Positions 16,759 to 23,349 of a DNA stretch of 64,000 nt are shown piece by piece. This DNA is from Bacteroidota bacterium (lineage in GTDB: Bacteria > Bacteroidota > Bacteroidia > Chitinophagales > Chitinophagaceae): NCBI GenBank assembly GCA_040387955.1, contig JAZKCS010000002.1, positions 506,582-570,581 on the forward strand. Reading direction: 5' to 3'. The position numbers were made by a program, and so were the translations under genes. Each line of letters opens with the position of its first letter. Within the stretch, counting starts at the first letter, position 1. The notes under the pieces are model-generated. The model was not told the origin of the DNA and ran no database searches. It worked only from the letters and a program-made list of their open reading frames with translations.

Positions 16759-17535
16759 TTAAGATGCTTTTTTATTTTTTGTACTCAAACTTGCTTTTAA
16801 TTGTGCCATCAGATCAGTTCCTTTGCTATGCACTACTCTTAAATGTGTAGCAACAGGTTTTGCCCCTTTCGCTTTTGACTTAATGATCTTTAAAAGCTGA
16901 TCAGTATATGTGTCTTTGTATTGATTGATATTAAATTTTCCAGCAAGTTGATTGATCAATGAGACGGCCATTTTTAATTCGGCAGGCTTTATAGCTGTTT
17001 TACCAGGTAAATCAAGATCTTTTGTATCTCTGATCTCTTGTGCAAAACGTATCCTGTTTAAAATAATAACATCTTTTGTAGCTCTTAAAATTGCAAGTAT
17101 TTCTTTGTTACGCATTACAAACGTGGCAATACCCACCTTACCTGTTTTTAACAAAGATTCCCTTAACAATGCATATGCTCTTGAGCCGGATTTGTCAGGG
17201 GCTAAATAATAAGGGGCTTCAAAAAAAACGCTATCAATATCACTTTCATTTACAAATTCGGTAATATCAATTTGCTTGGTTTTGATAGCGTTTGCGGCTT
17301 CAAAATCTTTATCTTCCAGTATAACATATTTATCCTTAAGGCGATACCCTTTAACAATATTTTCCCAGGCTACTTCTTTTCCTGTTTTTTCATTTACCCT
17401 CATAAAACGAATATGTGAATGATCTTTTTTATCCAACATATCAAGGTCAAGGTTGCTCTCTTCTGTAGCGCTAAAAAGTTTTACCGGGATATTCACCAAA
17501 CCAAAAGCGATTGAACCGGTCCATATTGCTCTCAT
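16759..17535 (-). CDS. ku: non-homologous end-joining protein Ku
   Basis: It starts with [23 protein letters not shown], the canonical bacterial Ku N-terminus, and has a basic C-terminal tail. Confidence 0.95.
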   Translation of the reverse strand: MRAIWTGSIAFGLVNIPVKLFSATEESNLDLDMLDKKDHSHIRFMRVNEKTGKEVAWENIVKGYRLKDKYVILEDKDFEAANAIKTKQIDITEFVNESDIDSVFFEAPYYLAPDKSGSRAYALLRESLLKTGKVGIATFVMRNKEILAILRATKDVIILNRIRFAQEIRDTKDLDLPGKTAIKPAELKMAVSLINQLAGKFNINQYKDTYTDQLLKIIKSKAKGAKPVATHLRVVHSKGTDLMAQLKASLSTKNKKAS

Positions 17536-17568
17536 AATAAATAAGTTTGTTGTTCAGTTATTATATAT

Positions 17569-17583
17569 GAAAGTATTATGCCG
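17569..17583 (-). promoter_or_regulatory. sigma54-like element cGGCATaatacTTTC
   Basis: The GG lies 47 nt upstream of the ku ATG (17535). Confidence 0.4.
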
Positions 17584-17690
17584 ACTTTTTTATACTGATA
17601 ATATCATTAAAGGAGAAAATGCTTCTACATTGTACAAAATATTACACAAGCATTTTTTCATAAACAATACGTTTTAAACCGAGTACGTTT

Positions 17691-17705
17691 TGGCATAGTA
17701 TTCTT
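17691..17705 (+). promoter_or_regulatory. sigma54-like element TGGCATagtatTCTT
   Basis: The GG lies 57 nt upstream of ATG 17749. It is divergent from the ku promoter candidate. Confidence 0.4.
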
Positions 17706-17748
17706 AGTAGAATAGGAAATTCTTAATTAAATAGAAAAAAATTATTTT

Positions 17749-18225
17749 ATGAATACTACCGTAACAGAAGAATTGATTGAGGTTTTAAATGACCTTATCA
17801 AGATCAATAATGATCGTATTGAAGGATATGAAAAAGCAAGAGATGAGATCAGGGACAGAGATGTAGATCTGCAAGGCATATTTGGAAAAATGGCTGATGA
17901 TAGCAGACGCTACGTTGGCGAATTAACACAACACATTCAATCTCATGGAGGCGAAACTGCAAAGGGCACAACCGGCCTTGGTAAAATTTACAGGGCATGG
18001 ATGGATGTTAAAACAACCTTTACAGGTAAAGACAGAACTGGTGTATTGGAGTTATGTGAATATGGAGAAGATGCTGCTCAAAAAGCTTACAACGATGCAC
18101 TTTCATCTGATGCGGAAATGGATGCAGAAACCCGTCAATTGATCACTTCTCAAAAAACATTTTTAAAAGAATCACATGATATGATCAAAAGATATAGAGA
18201 TATCAGTAGATCAACATCATCTTAA
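17749..18225 (+). CDS. PA2169-family four-helix-bundle (DUF2383, ferritin-like) protein
   Basis: The segment LNDLIKINNDRIEGYEKA plus CEYGEDAAQKAY are typical of the PA2169 family. Confidence 0.85.
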   Translation: MNTTVTEELIEVLNDLIKINNDRIEGYEKARDEIRDRDVDLQGIFGKMADDSRRYVGELTQHIQSHGGETAKGTTGLGKIYRAWMDVKTTFTGKDRTGVLELCEYGEDAAQKAYNDALSSDAEMDAETRQLITSQKTFLKESHDMIKRYRDISRSTSS

Positions 18226-18248
18226 AGAAGTTTTTCCAGCAATTTAAA

Positions 18249-18278
18249 GGGAGGATCAATAATTGGTTCTCCCTTTTT
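18249..18278 (+). terminator. intrinsic terminator of the PA2169-family gene
   Basis: The stem is GGGAGGA..TTCTCCC, followed by TTTTT. Confidence 0.65.
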
Positions 18279-18378
18279 GATGAATATAATACCCATTGAA
18301 CTGTTGTGATGCTAAAACATTGAGAAAAAAAATCCCATCATTTTTAATTCTGAGTTAAATTATCAATTAATTATGCGA

Positions 18379-18393
18379 TGGCACATATTTTGT
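18379..18393 (+). promoter_or_regulatory. sigma54-like element TGGCACatattTTGT (orphan, no ORF downstream)
   Basis: This is among the best matches of the set. Its extended identity TTGTATTTTATT is shared with site 3000. Confidence 0.5.
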
Positions 18394-18404
18394 ATTTTAT
18401 TTAA

Positions 18405-18588
18405 TTCAAATTCTCGATAAAGAAAGTTCAGCGAAACAGCTTCGAGGAAATATTTAACTTTAGTTAGATAAGTAATCATAGCATATTCAAAGAACGATCT
18501 GTGTTTCCGATCTGAATAACTTCAAAGAGGAAAACACAATAGAGAATACAAAGGGGTTTTGGCATTACGCTAAAACCCTTATTTTTTC
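18405..18588 (+). ncRNA. candidate small RNA (about 180 nt) bounded by the promoter-like element and an intrinsic terminator
   Basis: There is no ATG on the + strand between 18394 and 18588, and GTG/TTG frames are 5 codons or fewer. The 5' end is inferred from -12 geometry, and the 3' end is the terminator at 18553-18588. Confidence 0.4.
18553..18588 (+). terminator. intrinsic terminator with no protein gene upstream
   Basis: The stem is GGGGTTTT-loop-AAAACCC, followed by TTATTTTTT. Confidence 0.65.
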
Positions 18589-18722
18589 AAACTCTTTTCC
18601 TTGTGTCAATTTTTCAGAATAAAATTATTTTTCCATTCTTTATTACTGAATACAGAACAACCGATAAAAATTTTCATATAAAATATTTCTATTGATAGTA
18701 AGCAAAAACAACTCCGTATTTA

Positions 18723-18737
18723 ATGGCTTAGAGTTTG
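18723..18737 (+). promoter_or_regulatory. sigma54-like element, variant TGGCTTagagtTTGT
   Basis: The GG lies 37 nt upstream of ATG 18761 (Fpg/Nei). Confidence 0.4.
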
Positions 18738-18760
18738 TTTTAAATTAGAAAAATTTAATA

Positions 18761-19498
18761 ATGCCTGAAGGTCCCTCCATTGTTATTGCAAAGGAATTGC
18801 TACAAAAGTTTAAAAGAAAAAAAATTATAAGTGCCACTGGGAATGCCAAAATAAATATGGATATCCTGGCCAATCAAAAGATCATCTCAATCAGATCCTG
18901 GGGAAAACACCTATTGATCTGCCTTCCTGCCTTAACTATTAGGATTCATTTTTTAATGTTTGGTTCATATAGCATTGATGAAAACACAAAGCAGCAAAGA
19001 AGCATTCGCTTGTGCTTAAATTTTGCAAAACACAAGATATATTTTTATACCTGTTCTGTTAAGTTGATAGAAGGAAATATCAACGATACATATGATTGGT
19101 CATCAGATATAATGAATGACGATTGGGATGCAAAAAAAGCATTGAAAAAAATAAAAGAATTAGACAACGAATACATTTGCGATGTGTTACTTAACCAGGA
19201 AATATTTGCAGGCGTTGGAAATATTATTAAAAACGAGGTATTGTACAGAGTAAAGATCCACCCTGAAAGCATTGCTTCGAAAATTCCAACTCGTCAATTA
19301 AATCTTATTATTAAGGAAGCTCGTAATTATAGCTTTGACTTTTTAAAATGGAAAAAAGAATTCGTTTTGAAAAAGCATTGGTTGGCACACACAAAAAAGA
19401 CATGTCTTCGATGTGATCTCCCATTAATAAAAAAGTATTGTGGAACTACTAAGCGAAGAACTTTTTTTTGCAATAAGTGCCAACTATTATACAAATAA
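18761..19498 (+). CDS. Fpg/Nei-family DNA glycosylase / AP lyase
   Basis: It has the N-terminal MPEGPSI (catalytic Pro2/Glu3), an H2TH region (GVGNIIKNEVLYRVKIHP), and a C-terminal CxxC...CxxC zinc finger. Confidence 0.85.
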   Translation: MPEGPSIVIAKELLQKFKRKKIISATGNAKINMDILANQKIISIRSWGKHLLICLPALTIRIHFLMFGSYSIDENTKQQRSIRLCLNFAKHKIYFYTCSVKLIEGNINDTYDWSSDIMNDDWDAKKALKKIKELDNEYICDVLLNQEIFAGVGNIIKNEVLYRVKIHPESIASKIPTRQLNLIIKEARNYSFDFLKWKKEFVLKKHWLAHTKKTCLRCDLPLIKKYCGTTKRRTFFCNKCQLLYK

Positions 19499-19738
19499 TT
19501 ATTTATAAGCTTTCTTAGCTGTTTTTTTAGCCGGAGTTTTTTTTGCTGATACTTTCTTTGCTGCAGGTTTCTTTTTAGGAACTTTAGCTCCTTCTTTTCT
19601 TGCTTCTGATAATGCTATTGCAATTGCTTGCTTTCTGCTGGTAACTTTTTTACCACTGCCACTTTTTAATGTACCTGCTTTTTTTTCATGCATTACTTTT
19701 TCAACTTTGTCCTGCGCTTTTTTTGAATACTTTGCCAT
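19499..19738 (-). CDS. DUF6496-like small basic protein
   Basis: The segment KVEKVMHEKKAGTLKSGSGKKVTSRKQAIAIALSEARKEGAKVPKK matches that family's pattern. It has a Lys/Ala-rich tail. Confidence 0.65.
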   Translation of the reverse strand: MAKYSKKAQDKVEKVMHEKKAGTLKSGSGKKVTSRKQAIAIALSEARKEGAKVPKKKPAAKKVSAKKTPAKKTAKKAYK

Positions 19739-19777
19739 GATGATTTTAAATAGATTAGTTATAATAGAATCAAAAAT

Positions 19778-21313
19778 TTATTCTTTCATTTTCTCCTCTA
19801 GATCTATTTTTTCAAGATCTTTTCTTGCAGGTGCTGTCAACACTCTGCCATCAATTGAAAATCTGGAACCATGGCAAGGACAATCCCACGATCTTTCGGT
19901 GGCATTCCAGCTAACTGTGCAATTGATATGTGTACAGGCGGAATTCAATGCATGTAATACATGGTTCTCATCTTTGTACAAAGCCAATGTATGCCCTTCA
20001 AACTTTACAACCTTTGCTTCTCCTGCGGCTAAATCTGTAAGTTGTTTAATTTTTGCAGAAGAAAATTTTCCTCCGATTAAATTGGCTACTACATCTGCAG
20101 CTTCTTTTACAAAATTGCTAAATCCTGCTATAGGTTTTAACCTGCTTGGATCAAAAAGATTTTGATATACACTTTCTCCATTTACAAGAATGTTACTGAA
20201 AATAATAGCAGACAAAGTTCCGTATATCATTCCATTACCACCAAAGCCTGTTGCAACATAAATGTTATCACTGGTACCGGGAAGTTTTCCGATGTATGGC
20301 AATCCATCAGCAGGTTCAAAATATTGAGATGACCATTTGTATGCAACTTCTTTTACATTGAAATAACTTTTTGCATGACTTTCTAATCTTCTAAAACATG
20401 CATCGGTATTTTCTTCATGACCTGTTTTGTGATCTTCGCCACCTACTATCAAATAATATTCATCATCTACTTTTTGAGTTCTGTAATAATGATAAGGATC
20501 AAACATGTCATACGCTAAAGCTTGAGGATATTTATCATCTTTTAATTTAACAGCCATTGCATAACTTCTATAAGGGGCACACCTGAAATGCAATAGGTTA
20601 ACTCCCGGGGGAATATGTGTGGCATATATTACATTGTTAGCACGAAAAACACCTCTGGAAGTTTCAATGCGTAAAGCATCTTTTTCATTTGTAATGTTTG
20701 TTACTTTATGTTGCTGGCAAATACATCCTCCCAGATCTTCAAAAGCTTTGGCTAACGCAAAAATGTATTTAATAGGATTGAATTGTGCCTGGTGGGCAAA
20801 CGTAGCACATTTTAAGTATGGAATATCTACAGGTAAATTGTTGCAATACTCCACATCAACACGTAATGTTTTGGCAGCGTCCACTATTTCATCTAACTCT
20901 TTATCTTGTTTTTCATTGGTTGAAAAAAGATATCCTTCGAGTTCGGAAAATTCACAATCAATATCATATTGATGTATATTTTGTTTGATAAGTGCAATAG
21001 CAGCAGCCGCTCCTTTAGATAAAAGTTTTGCTTTTTCAAGCCCAAAATCTTTTATTACTTTATTATAAGGAGTATCAAAAAAAGTATTCAAATGAGCAGT
21101 AGTGCCACCTGTTGTACCAAATCCTATACTATGTGATTCTGCAAGTAAACATTTTTTTCCTGCATGTTGAAGCAATAAAGCTGTTGTTAGCCCGGTTATT
21201 CCCCCACCAACAATGATCACATCATAAATAAAATTATGATCCACATTTCCTATTGAAACATAGTTGTCAACGTTTTTTTGCCAGAGGCTTTTATTAGCAC
21301 CATCTCTTTCCAT
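19778..21313 (-). CDS. FAD-dependent oxidoreductase fused to a C-terminal Rieske [2Fe-2S] domain
   Basis: It has the dinucleotide fold DVIIVGGGITGLTTA and Rieske ligands CTHINC...CPCHGSRF. Confidence 0.85.
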   Translation of the reverse strand: MERDGANKSLWQKNVDNYVSIGNVDHNFIYDVIIVGGGITGLTTALLLQHAGKKCLLAESHSIGFGTTGGTTAHLNTFFDTPYNKVIKDFGLEKAKLLSKGAAAAIALIKQNIHQYDIDCEFSELEGYLFSTNEKQDKELDEIVDAAKTLRVDVEYCNNLPVDIPYLKCATFAHQAQFNPIKYIFALAKAFEDLGGCICQQHKVTNITNEKDALRIETSRGVFRANNVIYATHIPPGVNLLHFRCAPYRSYAMAVKLKDDKYPQALAYDMFDPYHYYRTQKVDDEYYLIVGGEDHKTGHEENTDACFRRLESHAKSYFNVKEVAYKWSSQYFEPADGLPYIGKLPGTSDNIYVATGFGGNGMIYGTLSAIIFSNILVNGESVYQNLFDPSRLKPIAGFSNFVKEAADVVANLIGGKFSSAKIKQLTDLAAGEAKVVKFEGHTLALYKDENHVLHALNSACTHINCTVSWNATERSWDCPCHGSRFSIDGRVLTAPARKDLEKIDLEEKMKE

Positions 21314-21339
21314 AATCTGAATATTATAATTCTCTTGTT

Positions 21340-21354
21340 AAAAAAATTGTGCCA
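21340..21354 (-). promoter_or_regulatory. sigma54-like element TGGCACaatttTTTT
   Basis: The GG lies 40 nt upstream of ATG 21313. Confidence 0.45.
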
Positions 21355-21448
21355 CAGTAAAAATGATAAAGACTTCATTTTTTATAGCTACATTGGATCG
21401 TAACAGAATTAATAAGTTCAGTAATGATGATATAATGTGGATTTTTAT

Positions 21449-21982
21449 CTACAAAAAATAACTTTGATCTTTTACACTCTTTAAAAAATTTTCTTCTTTA
21501 AAATTTTTGAGCATTTTGGCAAGATCTTCTAATACGGCATTTGTATAAAAAAGCTGAACATCCAATGCTTTATTTTCAGGAGCTGTAATTGTTACGTTCT
21601 TTATTTTTTGTTTCCTAAAAGCTATAGAATAACAAGCGTATAGTCCGGTGGATTTGTGATTAGGCAGGAGAGTGGCATAGCCTGTTATGCCAATACCCCA
21701 CACTGATGAAAAAAGTGTGCAAACGTTCTTAGCCATTTCTTCAGCAATACCTTCAGAAACACAATTGCATCCAATTGCCTTTGTAGGATTTATATGCAGG
21801 TGAGTATATTTCTGGAATATATTATAAGTAGTAATTCCTCCCTGGAAAAAAGCTGAAGCTTCATCTGCCAGCGAGAAAGCGACTTGTAGGTGGCCACTGG
21901 TAACACTTTCTGCAACAGCAATGGTTTGCTTATGTGCTATCATGAAATTTTTTATCGACTCAATATTATCAATGCTATACAT
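21449..21982 (-). CDS. CinA-family (PncC-like NMN amidohydrolase domain) protein
   Basis: The segment IAVAESVTSGHLQ corresponds to the ESCTGG motif region. Its size and the remaining motifs are consistent with this family. Confidence 0.7.
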   Translation of the reverse strand: MYSIDNIESIKNFMIAHKQTIAVAESVTSGHLQVAFSLADEASAFFQGGITTYNIFQKYTHLHINPTKAIGCNCVSEGIAEEMAKNVCTLFSSVWGIGITGYATLLPNHKSTGLYACYSIAFRKQKIKNVTITAPENKALDVQLFYTNAVLEDLAKMLKNFKEENFLKSVKDQSYFL

Positions 21983-22023
21983 ACCTGGATCTTCCCTTAT
22001 TAATATTGATGAGGATCTTTAGT

Positions 22024-22059
22024 AAAAGAAAAACGCTATACATTTATTTATATAGCGCC
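22024..22059 (-). terminator. intrinsic terminator of the acidic-protein gene
   Basis: The stem is CGCTATA / TATAGCG, followed by TTTTTCTTTT on the minus strand. Confidence 0.6.
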
Positions 22060-22075
22060 TTTTCTTTTTTAATTT

Positions 22076-22426
22076 TTACATTTTTGGAGTTTCACGAATT
22101 GTTTTTTCGGAATCATCATCTTCTCCGGGCAATACATCTTCAGCTTCGTCCATGTCATCATCATCATCTTCATCATCTTCGTCATCATCAGTATCTTCAT
22201 CATCGTCAGTTCCTGAATCATCTCTATTGCCTTCGTCAAATCCTTTTTCTTTTCCTTCATCAGTATCTTTATCATATTCTTCAGCATCACCTGGATTAAC
22301 TATATCAGTTTGTTCTTCTTCATTAACAATGTTTTCATCAACTCCGTTAACTGCTGTGTGTGGATGATTCGGATTTTCCTGATTCCAATCAGCATTTGAT
22401 TGGGTCAAATTATTTACTTGTGTCAT
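22076..22426 (-). CDS. hyper-acidic hypothetical protein (low complexity, likely disordered)
   Basis: By my count 47 of 116 residues are D/E and only 7 are K/R. It has its own promoter-like element and terminator. The other two frames give His-rich and Ser-rich artefact ORFs. Confidence 0.6.
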   Translation of the reverse strand: MTQVNNLTQSNADWNQENPNHPHTAVNGVDENIVNEEEQTDIVNPGDAEEYDKDTDEGKEKGFDEGNRDDSGTDDDEDTDDDEDDEDDDDDMDEAEDVLPGEDDDSEKTIRETPKM

Positions 22427-22464
22427 AAAATCAAATATTTTTAATTATAAATAAATAGAATAAA

Positions 22465-22479
22465 ACAATAGTCATGCCT
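22465..22479 (-). promoter_or_regulatory. sigma54-like element aGGCATgactaTTGT
   Basis: The GG lies 52 nt upstream of ATG 22426. Confidence 0.45.
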
Positions 22480-22569
22480 AATGAAAAAACTATATTGTAT
22501 TGATAAAGAACAAGTGCAGATCAAACGTTTTGGGAAAAAATTGCCCGAACTGATAAATTTGATACCCTA

Positions 22570-23073
22570 CTATTTACGACATAACTGGATGATGGTATTT
22601 TTATGTTGGGGATACAAAAGAGAGAGCGTTGTGGCATGCGCCAATTCAAAATCTTTAAAATCAAATCCAGGAGAAACGGTGCATCCTACAAAACTAAATT
22701 TTGTGTCGGCTGCTGGCCTGCTTGCAAACCAGCAATTAGCCGGAACAACAAATTGAAATACATCTCCGTTATCAAGATCGTTTCCTAAATTGACAGTTTC
22801 AAGTTCACCACTTTGTTGAATTATTAATATCTGTAGTGTTTGCCCGGCATAAAAATGCCAGGATTCATCACTTTTAATTTTATGGAATGCTGAAAAATTC
22901 CCTTGCTCAAGTAAAAAATAAATAGCTGTAGCAAAAGCCCTGTCTCCACTAAATCTTCCCGGCAATGCTTTTTGCAATGTCATTTCTTTACTTCTATAAG
23001 TTTCTTTGTACCAGCCTCCTTCTGGATGAGGAAGCAATTCATACTTTTGTATTAATTCTTCTGCAGTCATCAT
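22570..23073 (-). CDS. cupin, DUF985 family
   Basis: The segment LLPHPEGGWYKETYRS is the DUF985 N-terminal signature. Confidence 0.85.
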   Translation of the reverse strand: MMTAEELIQKYELLPHPEGGWYKETYRSKEMTLQKALPGRFSGDRAFATAIYFLLEQGNFSAFHKIKSDESWHFYAGQTLQILIIQQSGELETVNLGNDLDNGDVFQFVVPANCWFASRPAADTKFSFVGCTVSPGFDFKDFELAHATTLSLLYPQHKNTIIQLCRK

Positions 23074-23303
23074 CTTTTATTTTTTAAAGGGATCAATAAT
23101 TCTTCCAATCCATTTATTTTTATTTCGTACATCGTTTGTAATAACATGCCAAGTTTACCGGCTGGAAAACCTTTTCTTTGAAACCACTCTAAATAAGTTA
23201 CCGGCAGATCGCAAAGAAGTCTCTCCTTATATTTTCCAAAAGGCATACGCATTTTTACAAGCTGTAATAACAGTTCGCTATCGGGCTTAAGTTCATCTGT
23301 CAT
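23070..23303 (-). CDS. DUF3820 family protein
   Basis: It contains the signature MPFGKYKERLLCDLPVTYLEWFQRKGFPAGKLG. It overlaps the cupin gene by 4 nt. Confidence 0.75.
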   Translation of the reverse strand: MTDELKPDSELLLQLVKMRMPFGKYKERLLCDLPVTYLEWFQRKGFPAGKLGMLLQTMYEIKINGLEELLIPLKNKR

Positions 23304-23349
23304 TTATTGAAATTAAAGGATATCAAGTAAATAAGAAATTTTTATGTCG

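Noticed and set aside
17453-17677. Intergenic or edge ORFs from the track: 17453-17677(+), 22481-22756(+), 2546-2734(-), 13716-13952(-), 53065-53340(-), 56552-56734(-) and 42905-43108(-).
   Set aside because: Each overlaps a better-supported gene or a promoter or terminator region. None has a recognisable motif, and their composition is non-coding-like (runs of I/F/K/N from AT-rich DNA).
2425-17690. A repeated 9-mer, GAGTACGTT, lies near 2430 and near 17680 (next to the PA2169-family promoter candidate).
   Set aside because: Exact 9-mer coincidences are expected many times over by chance in 64 kb of AT-rich DNA. There is no extended similarity around them.
22006-22367. A His-rich ORF (22006-22299, +), a Ser-rich ORF (22152-22367, +) and a Met/Lys-rich ORF (22069-22290, -) overlap the acidic-protein gene.
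   Set aside because: They are alternative-frame readings of the same GAT/GAA-rich low-complexity DNA. Only the acidic frame on the minus strand is bracketed by a promoter-like element and a terminator.
2600-22600. The stress/NHEJ cluster might be a horizontally acquired genomic island.
   Set aside because: I recognised no integrase, transposase, tRNA attachment site or flanking direct repeats. By eye the base composition is no different from the rest of the window. I cannot compute GC skew or codon statistics here.
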